Counted from the stretch's first letter, positions 10,276 to 19,305 are shown. The stretch: 64,000 nt of DNA from Thermoanaerobaculia bacterium (GCA_038203955.1 JBBRDK010000001.1:4030-68029), one strand, 5' to 3'. The notes: a model not told the origin generated them from the letters alone. A program made the numbers and translations.

Positions 10276-11690
10276 GCGGGCCGCGGCTTCCGGTCCTCCC
10301 CGCTCCGCCCGGCGCCCCGCGCCCCGCGCCCCGCGCCCGGGCCCGGAACGCCCTGCCCTCGGTCGGGGTCGTGTCGCTCGGATGCGCGAAGAATCTCGTG
10401 GACACCGAGATCATGCTCGGCCACCTCGCTCGCGCGGGCCACTCGATCGTGCCCGACGACGGCGCGCGCGTCGTGCTCGTCAACACCTGCGGCTTCATCG
10501 ACAAGGCCAAGGAAGAGTCGGTCGAAGCGATCCTGGAGCAGGTCGAACGCAAGAAGCGCGGCGAGATCGACCGCGTCGTGGTCGCCGGCTGCATGGTGCA
10601 GAAATACGGGCGCGAGCTCGCCGACGAGATACCGGAAGTGGATCAGTTCGTCGGGCTGGACGAGCTGCACTTAGCGCCCGCGGCGGCCGTCGGATCGCCG
10701 TCCCTTCCGCGGTTCTCGGACAAGCCGCTGGCAACGCGCCTCTATGACGAGGCCGCGCCGCGCCTCCTCTCGAGGCGCCGGGGCTACGCTTATCTGAAGG
10801 TCGGGGAGGGGTGCGACAACCCCTGCACCTTCTGCACGATTCCGCAGATGCGCGGCTTCCAGCGCAGCCGAACGATCGAATCCCTGGTCGCCGAAGCGCG
10901 CGCGCTCGAGGCGCAGGGAGTCTCGGAGCTCGTCCTCATCTCTCAGGACACGACCCGCTACGGGGAGGACCTCGGCATGAAACGGGGCGGCCTCGCGCGG
11001 CTGGTCGAGGCGCTCCTCACGGCGACGACGTTTCCCTGGATTCGTTTTCTCTATGCGTATCCTAGGACGCTCGATGCTTCGGTCCTCGCGCTCATGGCGA
11101 GGGAGCCGCGCTTCGTCTCCTACGTGGATATACCGCTTCAGCACGTCTCGCGGATCGTGCTCGCCGGGATGCGGCGGGGGGGCGACCCCGCTTCCTATCT
11201 GGCGATGATCCAGCGGATGCGCGACACGGTTCCCGATCTCGCCATCCGGACGACCTTCATCCTCGGTTTTCCGGGTGAGGGCGACGCGGAATTCGCGGAG
11301 CTCTGCGAGTTCGTCCGCCGCGCCGAGTTCGACAACGTCGGGGCGTTCACCTATTCGCCGGAGCCCGGGTCGAAGGCCGAGCCGCTCGGAGATCCCGTGG
11401 TGGACGCCGAAAAGGAGCGCCGGCGCGAGTTCCTCCTCTCCCTGCAGCGCCCGATCGCCCGCCGGAAGGCGCGCGCCCTGAAGGGCCGGACGGTCGAAGC
11501 CATCGTCGAGGGGGCCTGCGAAGAGAGCGACCAGCTGATCGAGGGGCGGCTGAGGTCCCAGGCGCCCGAGATCGACGGCCGCCTGCTCATCAACGACACC
11601 GGCGGCCGGGAGCTCGCGCCCGGCGCCATCGTCCGCGTGCGGATCTCCGAGACGCACGAGTACGACGTGGTAGGGGGCGTGGTCGCGTAG
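10272..11690 (+). CDS. rimO: Ribosomal protein S12 methylthiotransferase RimO
   Basis: The GTG at 10272 overlaps the asnS stop (GTGA). It has the MTTase N-domain VGVVSLGCAKNLVDTE, the radical-SAM motif GCDNPCTFCTIP and a TRAM-like C-terminus. The N-terminal 230 aa of the 9582..11690 track ORF were rejected. Confidence 0.9.
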   Translation: MSGPRLPVLPAPPGAPRPAPRARARNALPSVGVVSLGCAKNLVDTEIMLGHLARAGHSIVPDDGARVVLVNTCGFIDKAKEESVEAILEQVERKKRGEIDRVVVAGCMVQKYGRELADEIPEVDQFVGLDELHLAPAAAVGSPSLPRFSDKPLATRLYDEAAPRLLSRRRGYAYLKVGEGCDNPCTFCTIPQMRGFQRSRTIESLVAEARALEAQGVSELVLISQDTTRYGEDLGMKRGGLARLVEALLTATTFPWIRFLYAYPRTLDASVLALMAREPRFVSYVDIPLQHVSRIVLAGMRRGGDPASYLAMIQRMRDTVPDLAIRTTFILGFPGEGDAEFAELCEFVRRAEFDNVGAFTYSPEPGSKAEPLGDPVVDAEKERRREFLLSLQRPIARRKARALKGRTVEAIVEGACEESDQLIEGRLRSQAPEIDGRLLINDTGGRELAPGAIVRVRISETHEYDVVGGVVA

Positions 11691-11790
11691 AGTTATCAGC
11701 AATCAGTTCTCAGTTCTCAGTGCAGATTTCCTGGCGGGCATCGAGCTGAGGGGACAAACTGAAAACTGAAACTGAGAACTGAAAACTCTT
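11691..11790. repeat. Two inverted heptamer arrays: (TCAGTTC)-type at 11697-11724 and (CTGAAAA/CTGAGAA)-type at 11758-11788
   Basis: TCAGTTCTCAG (left) is the exact reverse complement of CTGAGAACTGA (right). This fills the rimO-ribF intergenic space. Confidence 0.9.
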
Positions 11791-11793
11791 TCA

Positions 11794-12771
11794 ATGCTCC
11801 ACGTCATCCGGGATCCCCTCCGGGCCACCGACCTGCCGCGAGGCGGCATCGTGACGATCGGCAACTTCGACGGAGTCCACCTGGGGCACCGTCGCATTCT
11901 CGAGGCCGCAGTCGTCCGCGCGAAAGAGGCGGGGCGGCCCTCCGTCGCCATCACCTTCGAGCCGCACCCGCTGGCCGTTCTGCGCCCCGACCATGCCCCG
12001 CGCCGGATCCAGACGCTGCGCCAGAAGGAGGAGGCGATCGAAGCCCTCGGGATCGATTTCCTTCTCGTCATTCCCTTCACACGGGACTTCTCCCTGACAG
12101 AGCCCGAAGCGTTCGTGAGGGACTTCCTGGGAGATCGGCTGGCGGCGGCGGAGCTAGTGCTCGGCCGGCACTTCGCGTTCGGACGGGGAAAGCGGGGCGA
12201 CCTCGCCCTTCTGAACCGGCTGGCTCCGGAGTGCGGATTTCGCGCCTGGGGGGTGGAAGAGGTGGTGGAGGGCGGGGAGCCGGTGTCGTCGAGCCGGATT
12301 CGGAGCGCCATCTCGACCGGCCGCGTCGCCGAGGCCGCAGCGATGCTGGGGCGGCCCTATCTTCTGGACGGGATCGTGTCGCGGGGGGACCGTGTCGGGC
12401 GGAAGATCGGGTATCCGACGATCAACCTGGCGCCGGAGAACAAGCTGCACCCGGCTGACGGGGTCTACGTGACTTCGATCGAGATCTCCTCGTTCGGCCG
12501 GCCCTTCGAGTGCGTCACCAACATCGGAAGCCGGCCCACCGTCTACGAAGACTTCTCGACCACGATCGAGACGTACGTCTTCGACTTCTCGTCGGACGTG
12601 TACGGCGAGCGCGTTCGCCTCTTCTTCCACGAGCGCCTGCGGGAGGAGCGCACGTTCCCGTCCATGATGGCCCTGACCGAACAGATCGGACGGGACATCG
12701 AATCCGCTCGGGACTATTTCGCACGGAAGAAGGGGAGCGGCGCGCCGCCGCCCGAAGAACCGACGCCCTGA
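11794..12771 (+). CDS. ribF: Bifunctional riboflavin kinase / FAD synthetase
   Basis: 325 aa with the GNFDGVHLGHRRIL nucleotidyltransferase motif and a C-terminal riboflavin kinase domain (GYPTINL...ETYVFDF). Confidence 0.9.
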   Translation: MLHVIRDPLRATDLPRGGIVTIGNFDGVHLGHRRILEAAVVRAKEAGRPSVAITFEPHPLAVLRPDHAPRRIQTLRQKEEAIEALGIDFLLVIPFTRDFSLTEPEAFVRDFLGDRLAAAELVLGRHFAFGRGKRGDLALLNRLAPECGFRAWGVEEVVEGGEPVSSSRIRSAISTGRVAEAAAMLGRPYLLDGIVSRGDRVGRKIGYPTINLAPENKLHPADGVYVTSIEISSFGRPFECVTNIGSRPTVYEDFSTTIETYVFDFSSDVYGERVRLFFHERLREERTFPSMMALTEQIGRDIESARDYFARKKGSGAPPPEEPTP

Positions 12772-12809
12772 AGCTTCCCTCCGCCGCCGCCGCCCGGGCG
12801 AGTCCGGGG

Positions 12810-13640
12810 TCAGGCCTGAATCGAGCGTCGGAACGCGCGGCGGTAGGCGGCGAGAAGGAGCAGGGCGGCGCCGAAGGTCGCCACGATCGCCGCTCCGGTC
12901 GGCAGGTCCAGGAGGAACGAGAGCGCGACGCCCGCGGCGGACACCACCGCGCCCATCGACCACCCGATCGCGAGCCGGGGTCCGAGCCGCTCGGCGAAGA
13001 GCATCGCGGTGACGGACGGCACGATCAGAAAACAGAACACGAGCAGCACCCCCGCGATGGCGACCGACGACGTCACGACGAAACCGAACGACATGTAGAA
13101 CAGGAAGTCCCACAGCCGGACGTTGACGCCCTCCCGCTCGGCCGCGCTCTCGTCCATCGAGATCGCCAGAAACCGCCGGCGAAAGATGAAGTGGAAGAGC
13201 CCCACGAGGGCGTAGAGCAGTGCAGTCTTGGCGAGCTCCGGCCACGTCACGGAGAGGATGTTCCCCACCAGCATCTCTTTTAGGTGCTCGGTCTCCTGCG
13301 TCGCCTTCGACATGATCAGGATCGCCATGGCCGCCGAGACCGCGTATACGATTCCGATGATGGCTTCCTGAGGGATGCGCGTCTTCCGGTGCACCCGGGT
13401 CAGCGCGAAGATCGCCGCGCCCAGGAACGTGAACCCGAGCGAAAAGAGGTAGGCCGTGGTCGAGTGAAGGTCGTACCCCGCCAGGTAGGCGACCGTGGAG
13501 CCCAGCGCGGCGATCTGCGCCAGCGACAGGTCGACGAAGATGACGCCGCGCTCGACGACGTGCACACCGAGGTACGCGTGGATCCCGGTCAAGATCAGGC
13601 TCGCCACGAACGCGGGAAGGAGAATCTGAAAGATGGTCAC
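12810..13640 (-). CDS. Metal ABC transporter permease (ZnuB/TroCD-like)
   Basis: The GTG at 13640 overlaps the stop of the upstream SBP gene. 276 aa, all-hydrophobic, with VTIFQILLPAFVASLILTGIHAYLGVHVVERGVIFVDLSLAQIAALG typical of ABC-3 permeases. Confidence 0.85.
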   Translation of the reverse strand: MTIFQILLPAFVASLILTGIHAYLGVHVVERGVIFVDLSLAQIAALGSTVAYLAGYDLHSTTAYLFSLGFTFLGAAIFALTRVHRKTRIPQEAIIGIVYAVSAAMAILIMSKATQETEHLKEMLVGNILSVTWPELAKTALLYALVGLFHFIFRRRFLAISMDESAAEREGVNVRLWDFLFYMSFGFVVTSSVAIAGVLLVFCFLIVPSVTAMLFAERLGPRLAIGWSMGAVVSAAGVALSFLLDLPTGAAIVATFGAALLLLAAYRRAFRRSIQA

Positions 13641-14557
13641 GGCTTGCTTTTCATAGCCGCGATGAAGGAGTCGACGTTCTTGTCGAAGAGCCCGAAGTAA
13701 TCCTTGATCTCGGGGACTCCGCCGACGGACGGGTAGAAGACGACCACCGTGGCGCTCGTTTTGCCCGCGATCGCCTTGGGCGTCTTCGAATCGAAATACG
13801 GCTCGACTAAGATGACCCGGATCTTCTCGGCCTGCATGAGGTTGATGATCTCGAGCGTGTGCGATGGCGACGGGGGGATCCCGGGCTTGGGCTCCACGTG
13901 GCCTGCCACCGTCAGCTTGAAGTGCTTCGCGAAGTTCGGCCAGGAATCGTGGAAGGTGACGACCTTCGTCCTCGCGTAGGGGGCCATCTTCGCGTCCCAC
14001 TCCTTCGTCTTCGCGGCGAGGCGTGTCTCGAAGGCGGCGATGTTCCGGTCGTAGGTGGCCTTGCCCGCCGGGTCGAGCTCGGAGAGGCGAGCCGCGATGG
14101 CGCGCGCGATGATCCGCCCGTTGTCGGGGTCGGTCCAATAGTGCGGATTTCCGTAGGGGTGGACGTCTCCCATCGCGCGGGTCACCTGCGTAGTCGGACG
14201 CTGGAGGATGTCGGTCCCGATGGAAGCATCGAGGTAGCCCGGGTTGCCGGGATGGATCTTCGTGTTGCGGCTCTGATCGATCAGCGGCGGGAGGTATCCG
14301 ATCTCGAGCTCCAGCCCCGCGGCGATCAGGAGGTCCGCGCGGGACAGCCGCACGATGAACGACGGCTTCGCGTCCACGAAGTGGGGATCCTGATATCCCT
14401 TCGCCAGCGCGAAGGTCTCGACGCGCTCGCCGCCGATCGATTCCGCGATCGATGCGAAATCCTGAATCGTCGAAACGACGTTCAGCTTCGCCGCACGGGC
14501 GGGAGCGGCTAACCCGAGCAGAGAAACGAGCAGCGGCAGGAATGGGGCTTTTTTCAT
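13637..14557 (-). CDS. Metal ABC transporter substrate-binding protein (ZnuA/TroA cluster A-I)
   Basis: The ATG at 14557 starts MKKAPFLPLLVSLLGLAAPARA, a signal peptide. This is followed by KLNVVSTIQDFASIAESIGG...DPHFV...HPYGNPHYW...HDSW, histidine-containing motifs of the family. Confidence 0.85.
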   Translation of the reverse strand: MKKAPFLPLLVSLLGLAAPARAAKLNVVSTIQDFASIAESIGGERVETFALAKGYQDPHFVDAKPSFIVRLSRADLLIAAGLELEIGYLPPLIDQSRNTKIHPGNPGYLDASIGTDILQRPTTQVTRAMGDVHPYGNPHYWTDPDNGRIIARAIAARLSELDPAGKATYDRNIAAFETRLAAKTKEWDAKMAPYARTKVVTFHDSWPNFAKHFKLTVAGHVEPKPGIPPSPSHTLEIINLMQAEKIRVILVEPYFDSKTPKAIAGKTSATVVVFYPSVGGVPEIKDYFGLFDKNVDSFIAAMKSKP

Positions 14558-14568
14558 TTTCGAGCTCC

Positions 14569-15726
14569 TCAGAAAGGGTGGGCGCCGTGGGCGCCGATGG
14601 CGAACTGGAGCTGGAGCAACGCCTCGGTGGCGTTGATACCGCCCGCGTAACGGCGGCGGCGGAGCTCCCCTCGAAGCTGGGAGAACTCGCTCGGCCAGAA
14701 GGTCAGGAGAAGCGCCTGTCCCGTGTCGCGACGGGACGCCTCGTCGGCATGGTCGGAGGACTCGACGCGCGCGCCCGCGAACCACCGCTTGGCGAGCTGA
14801 TACTCGCCGGACAGAAACCACCCGCGCGCCGTTTGCCGGCCGTCCGGCTGATCGCGGCGGCTTCGATAGAGCTCCCCTCGAATCGACGCGGATCGGTAAT
14901 TTCCCTGCCGCAGGGGCTTCCAGCGGAAGGTCGCGTCGATCGCCTCGAGGCGCGTGTGTCGGGTGATCTCCTCGGTCGACGCCGTGTTCGGGCCGTATCC
15001 GTAGGAGAACCCGAGCTCGAGGTTGCTGGACTCCGAGATGTCTCCGTAGGCGCGATAGTGTGCGTTGTACGCGAGGTCGCTCCGATGCGCGGCGGCAAAG
15101 AGCTCGCCCGAATCGCCGCGGAAGACCTGAACGGTCAGCTCGGAGAAGAGGTCCGCAGGCATCGGCAGCAGGTGGGCCACCGAGACTCCGTCGCCGATCC
15201 ATCCCTCGTCGCCCCCGAGCAGGTTCACGATGGGAAGAGGCTCATCCGCCCAGGGGAGCACGTGTAAGTGCAGCGTGTTGATCTTCCCGAACTGCACGCG
15301 CATCCGACCGACCTTCGCGAGGAACTGCGCGGGAAGGGCGGTGAAGGTCAGGTAGCCCTCTTCCACGTCGACGTTGCTTCCGTTGAAGGAGAGGAAGAAA
15401 TCGGCCCGCGCATAGGGGTCGACGATGGCCTGCAGACCGAGCTCCGACTCGCGCAAGCTCAGGTTCGGCAGGTTCTCCACCGGGTTTCTTCCCGCCACCC
15501 CGAGAAAGTTGCCGATAACCGAGATCGAAGGATTGAAGTAGTTGGAGGCCTGCGAGCCTCCACCGGCCGCCGGCGCCTGAGGAGCCGGGGCGGGAGGAGG
15601 CGCTTCGGGCGCGGGCGGGGCCGGAGTCGGCGTCGCCGATGGCGCGGGTGTCGCTTCCTGAGCAGTGAGAGCGGCGCGGCCACAGGCCACGAGAACGATC
15701 GCGAAGAGAGAGATCCGAAGATCCAT
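14569..15726 (-). CDS. Putative outer-membrane beta-barrel protein
   Basis: 385 aa with a signal peptide, a Pro/Ala-rich linker, alternating beta-strand-like sequence and a C-terminal aromatic residue (...AHGAHPF). It lies directly upstream of the metal SBP gene. Confidence 0.6.
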   Translation of the reverse strand: MDLRISLFAIVLVACGRAALTAQEATPAPSATPTPAPPAPEAPPPAPAPQAPAAGGGSQASNYFNPSISVIGNFLGVAGRNPVENLPNLSLRESELGLQAIVDPYARADFFLSFNGSNVDVEEGYLTFTALPAQFLAKVGRMRVQFGKINTLHLHVLPWADEPLPIVNLLGGDEGWIGDGVSVAHLLPMPADLFSELTVQVFRGDSGELFAAAHRSDLAYNAHYRAYGDISESSNLELGFSYGYGPNTASTEEITRHTRLEAIDATFRWKPLRQGNYRSASIRGELYRSRRDQPDGRQTARGWFLSGEYQLAKRWFAGARVESSDHADEASRRDTGQALLLTFWPSEFSQLRGELRRRRYAGGINATEALLQLQFAIGAHGAHPF

Positions 15727-15788
15727 TTGTTCCTCCTGCCGGACGAGCCGGCCACCGCGCGTCCGGCGGAGGCCGGACGCTCAGGCAC

Positions 15789-16157
15789 TCAGACGAGTGC
15801 GGGAGGAGCGCGCCCGTCGTCGAGGCGAGGGGCGAAGAGGCCGAGAGCGCGCGTCGGGAGCGTCACCGCCGAGCCGACGGCGCGCGCCGCGGAGGGCGCG
15901 AAGACGGCGAGCCCGGACAGCGAGACGTTGCGGTGAGCGAGGCAGGCGAAGCAGCCGTGCGTCGAGGAGGCGTCCGGCGAGTTCGCGGTCCAGGCGGGAA
16001 CCTGGGCGGCCGCTGATATCGCCGGGGGCACCGAGCCGGGTTCCGGGTGCAGACCGAAGGACCCGGCGATGGCGACGAGGGCCGCGGCAAAAAGGAAGAC
16101 GCGCGACCAGCGGGCCCCACGGATGGCTTGCAGCATCGGTCTGCGGAAACGAGTCAC
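15789..16157 (-). CDS. Small hypothetical membrane-anchored protein with an HGCFACLAH motif
   Basis: 122 aa with a GTG start, one N-terminal TM (VFLFAAALVAIAGSF) and a CxxC flanked by His. It fills an otherwise 490-bp gap upstream of the OMP gene. Confidence 0.35.
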   Translation of the reverse strand: MTRFRRPMLQAIRGARWSRVFLFAAALVAIAGSFGLHPEPGSVPPAISAAAQVPAWTANSPDASSTHGCFACLAHRNVSLSGLAVFAPSAARAVGSAVTLPTRALGLFAPRLDDGRAPPALV

Positions 16158-16183
16158 GCGGACATTGTATTCCGCCGTTGTCC

Positions 16184-16213
16184 TGAACAGCGGACAGGAG
16201 GCGTGCTTAGAAT
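16184..16213 (+). promoter_or_regulatory. Sigma70-like promoter TGAACA-N18-TAGAAT, 6 nt upstream of the ATG at 16220
   Basis: -35 at 16184-16189 and -10 at 16208-16213. The inverted repeat TGTCC-N8-GGACA (16179-16196) overlaps the -35. Confidence 0.35.
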
Positions 16214-16219
16214 GGCCCC

Positions 16220-16894
16220 ATGTCCGACCTGCCGCTCTTCGAGCCTGCCGGAGTCGCGCCCCCGGAGCGCGCGGCCGGGGCCGGCAACCCGGCTCTGCGG
16301 CGAAGGATGTACTGGCTGCTCGGGCTGACGTTCCTGCACGTTTTCGGCGAGGGCGGACTGGCGTTCTACGAGGCGGTCCGGATCGGCAGCCTCGCGCTCC
16401 TCGCGTTCGCCGTGGAAAGCGTCATCGAAGGCGGCGCGGCGCTTCTCGCGGTCCGGCACCTGCGGCACCTCTCCGACGAGGAGGAAGACCACGCGCGCAG
16501 CGACCAGAATCTGGCGCGCTGGATCGGCGTCTCGTTCCTCCTCCTCGCGGCGTACACCACCGTGCGCGGGATCGTCGAGCTGGCCGGGGGCGCCCGCGCC
16601 GAGAGAAGTCCTCTCGGTCTCTATCTCACGATCTTCGCCACGTTCGGGATGCCGTTCATCGGCTACTGGAAATGGAAGACGAGCCACGCGCTCGACAGCA
16701 AGGGCCTCGCGGCGGAAGCAAAGGAATCGATCGCGTGCTCCGCCGACTCCGCCCTGACGCTCCTCGCGATGATCGGCGGCCTTCTCGGCGCCCCGGGCTG
16801 GGTCGATCCGGCGCTCTCGCTGCTCATGGTCCCGTGGTTTCTGAGAGAGGGACTGGCGCATGTGCGCGGGCGGGTACATGCGCATCTGATGTAA
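16220..16894 (+). CDS. Cation-efflux-like membrane protein (CDF transmembrane domain only)
   Basis: 224 aa with ~6 TM segments. The acidic/His-containing helices (FAVESVIEGGAALLAV, SHALDSKGLAAEAKESIACSADS) resemble the CDF TM domain. Confidence 0.55.
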   Translation: MSDLPLFEPAGVAPPERAAGAGNPALRRRMYWLLGLTFLHVFGEGGLAFYEAVRIGSLALLAFAVESVIEGGAALLAVRHLRHLSDEEEDHARSDQNLARWIGVSFLLLAAYTTVRGIVELAGGARAERSPLGLYLTIFATFGMPFIGYWKWKTSHALDSKGLAAEAKESIACSADSALTLLAMIGGLLGAPGWVDPALSLLMVPWFLREGLAHVRGRVHAHLM

Positions 16895-17092
16895 GTCCCG
16901 GCCCGCCGCCACGGCGTTTCGTCTGCGAACTCAGCGGCGGGCCGGCACACTCCTCGCCTCTCCACCCGCGACAGCGGGGGAGAGGAGCGGTGAGGGGGGC
17001 GAGCCGGCGCTTCCCGCCCAGCGCCCTCCTTGGGCGTAAAATGAATCTTCCGGCCCGCATTTCGCATATGTCTGGATGGAGGGAATGGACCG

Positions 17093-17425
17093 ATGTCGGA
17101 TAACCCGAACGTGCATGAGGTTTCGGATACAAGCTTCGACGGGGACATCCTGAAGAGCGACAAGCCCGTCCTCGTCGATTTCTGGGCACCCTGGTGCGGC
17201 CCCTGCCGCTCGGTGGCCCCGATCGTGGACGACCTCGCGACGCAGTACAAGGACCAGCTCAAGGTGGCGAAGATCAACGTGGACGAGTCGTCGCAGGTGG
17301 CGATGAAGTATCAGGTGACGTCGATTCCGACGTTCATCGTGTTCAAGAACGGCCAGGTGGCCGACCGGGTTCTGGGAGCCCTGCCGCGCAGCGAGTTCGT
17401 GAAGTTCATCGATCGCAATCTGTGA
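17093..17425 (+). CDS. trxA: Thioredoxin
   Basis: 110 aa with the WAPWCGPC active site and a canonical thioredoxin fold sequence. Confidence 0.95.
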   Translation: MSDNPNVHEVSDTSFDGDILKSDKPVLVDFWAPWCGPCRSVAPIVDDLATQYKDQLKVAKINVDESSQVAMKYQVTSIPTFIVFKNGQVADRVLGALPRSEFVKFIDRNL

Positions 17426-17451
17426 TTTTGCGGGCGCATGGGGCGCCAGGC

Positions 17452-17486
17452 GGGGGAGGGCCATTCGCCCTCCCTTTTCTTTTTTG
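17452..17486 (+). terminator. Rho-independent terminator of trxA
   Basis: The GGGGGAGGGC stem, CATTC loop and GCCCTCCC stem are followed by TTTTCTTTTTTG. Confidence 0.7.
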
Positions 17487-17536
17487 CGGCACGGACGAGA
17501 AATCCGGAACGGCCTCTCCGTCGTAAGATAGAAGTC

Positions 17537-18274
17537 GTGACCCGGTCTCTTGTTCGCCGGTCTCTCATTCTCTTCGCTCGCGAGCCTTCCCGCGAGGCTC
17601 GCGCGAAGGGTTTTTCGGCGAGCGGGGCGGCCGAGCTGTTCGCCTCTTTCGCCACCGGATGGCTCGAAGCAGCCGAACGGGCCGGAGCGCGGCTCGTGGT
17701 CGCAGCGCCCGCGGAGGACCTCGCCGCCTGGCGCACGCGTCTCCCGTCCGACCGCGGCATCGCCTGGATCGCGCAGCGCGGCCGATCCTTCGGACAGCGT
17801 CTCGAGGAGAGCGCCCGCCGGATCGCCGTGGAGGGCGGCTCCGCGGTGCTCGTAGGCGGCGACGTCCCGCCGAGCGCTCGCGCCGCGTGCCGGGCGTTCG
17901 ACGCCCTCGACCGCGGGGCCGGCGCGGTGCTCGCGCCGTCGCCCGACGGCGGCGTCTCCTTGATCGCGGTCGGCGCCGAAGACCTCGATCTCCTCGGGTC
18001 TCTGACGGCCGGCAGCGCCGGCGTGTTTTCGACGCTCGCCGAGGCTCTCGCCGATCGCGGGCGGGCGGTCGATCTCATCGATATCGCCCCCGACGTCGAT
18101 GGCCGCGTGGACCTGCGCCGGCTCGTTCGCGCCGGTCTTCTCCTCGCGTCTCGGTCTCTCGCGCGACGCGCGCTTGCCCTTCCTTCTTCGCCCCGGGCCG
18201 GTCACCGTCCCGCGCCACGAACGCTCCTCCTCGCCGGCCCCTCGGGCCTTCGCGCTCCTCCCGCCTTCGCGTAG
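17537..18274 (+). CDS. DUF2064-family protein (TIGR04282-like, rSAM-associated putative transferase)
   Basis: A GTG at 17537, downstream of the trxA terminator, is the likely start. LILFAREPSREARAKGF...VLVGGDVPP...APSPDGGVSLIAV matches the DUF2064 pattern as I remember it. The C-terminal ~50 aa are Arg/Pro-rich and overlap the next ORF, so the true end or next start is uncertain. Confidence 0.55.
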   Translation: MTRSLVRRSLILFAREPSREARAKGFSASGAAELFASFATGWLEAAERAGARLVVAAPAEDLAAWRTRLPSDRGIAWIAQRGRSFGQRLEESARRIAVEGGSAVLVGGDVPPSARAACRAFDALDRGAGAVLAPSPDGGVSLIAVGAEDLDLLGSLTAGSAGVFSTLAEALADRGRAVDLIDIAPDVDGRVDLRRLVRAGLLLASRSLARRALALPSSPRAGHRPAPRTLLLAGPSGLRAPPAFA

Positions 18275-18353
18275 CGACTCCTCCGTAGTCGAAACGCAAT
18301 TCCGGCCTCCGCGCCGGATCAAGCCGGCCTCCGGGCAGGAAGGTGGGTCATCC

Positions 18354-19265
18354 GTGTACGAATCGGTCTCCAGCGCTCCGCAGGGCCTCTCTCCGTCACC
18401 GGGAGGCGCGTATCCGTTCGTGCCGTCGGTCTCCCTCGACACGCTGTGGTTCCAGGTCGCGGGGACTCTGTGCAACCTGAAGTGCACACACTGCTTCATC
18501 TCCTGCTCGCCCACGAACCACAACCACGAGATGCTGAGCCTGAGGGAGGTCCGCGATCGGCTCGCGGAGGCGATCCCGCTCGGGGTGCGGGAGTACTACT
18601 TCACGGGCGGCGAGCCGTTCATGAACCCGGAGATGCTCGCCATCCTCGAAGAGACGCTGCGGCAGGGGCCCGCCTCCGTGCTCACCAACGGCCTCTTTCT
18701 GACGCCGGAGCGGTGCCGGCGCCTGAAGACGCTTTCCGATCAGAGCGACTACTCCCTCGACATCCGAATCTCGATCGACGGATACACGGCGGAGTCGAAC
18801 GACCCCATCCGGGGCGCCGGCACCTACGACAGGATCCTGGCGGGAATCCGCAATCTGGCCGCCGCGGGATTGAACCCGGTGCTCACCGTCACCGAGGCGT
18901 GCGGCGAGGCTGCGAGCGCCGAGGGGCGCATCCGGTTTCTCGGATGGCTGCGCGAGATCGGCCTTCCCCGGCCGCGCCTGAAAGTCCTGTCGCTCTTTCG
19001 CATCGGCGCGGAGGAGCAGCGTCTCCGGGCATACGAGTCCTGGGAATCCCTGAGGGGCCGCGGCCTGACGACGGACGAGTCCGAGAAGCTCCAGTGCTCC
19101 TCCTGCCGGATGGTGACGTCCCGCGGGGTTTACGTGTGTCCCATCCTGATCGACGAGCCCTCGGCGCGCATGGGGTCCACCCTCGGGGAGACCCTGCGGC
19201 CGTTCGAGCTCGCCCACGCGGCGTGTTTCACGTGCCACGAGTTCGGCGTCACGTGCCGGACGTGA
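18354..19265 (+). CDS. Radical SAM protein with a C-terminal Cys-rich domain (ArsS/TIGR04167-like)
   Basis: It has the CNLKCTHC (Cx3Cx2C) motif followed by SPTNHNHEML, a GGEP motif (FTGGEPFMNPE) and a C-terminal CSSC...VCP...CFTCHEFGVTC. The start was chosen at GTG 18354 after GGAAGG, but it could lie further upstream (the ORF opens at 18099). Confidence 0.75.
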   Translation: MYESVSSAPQGLSPSPGGAYPFVPSVSLDTLWFQVAGTLCNLKCTHCFISCSPTNHNHEMLSLREVRDRLAEAIPLGVREYYFTGGEPFMNPEMLAILEETLRQGPASVLTNGLFLTPERCRRLKTLSDQSDYSLDIRISIDGYTAESNDPIRGAGTYDRILAGIRNLAAAGLNPVLTVTEACGEAASAEGRIRFLGWLREIGLPRPRLKVLSLFRIGAEEQRLRAYESWESLRGRGLTTDESEKLQCSSCRMVTSRGVYVCPILIDEPSARMGSTLGETLRPFELAHAACFTCHEFGVTCRT

Positions 19266-19305
19266 GAGCGCGGGAAGCGGAAAACCGGAGACGGGGAGCG
19301 TTCGG

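Noticed and set aside
16898-16945. The 12-bp perfect inverted repeat CCGGCCCGCCGC / GCGGCGGGCCGG after the CDF-like gene stop.
   Set aside because: It is probably a terminator-like hairpin, but the 24-nt loop and the lack of a U-tract make it ambiguous. GC-rich inverted repeats of this size are not rare in such sequence. It is noted but not called as a feature.
18354-19265. Selenocysteine recoding in the radical SAM / Cys-rich protein, since TIGR04167 relatives are often selenoproteins.
   Set aside because: The ORF is uninterrupted with no in-frame TGA, and the C-terminal positions are Cys. I saw no SECIS-like hairpin requirement.
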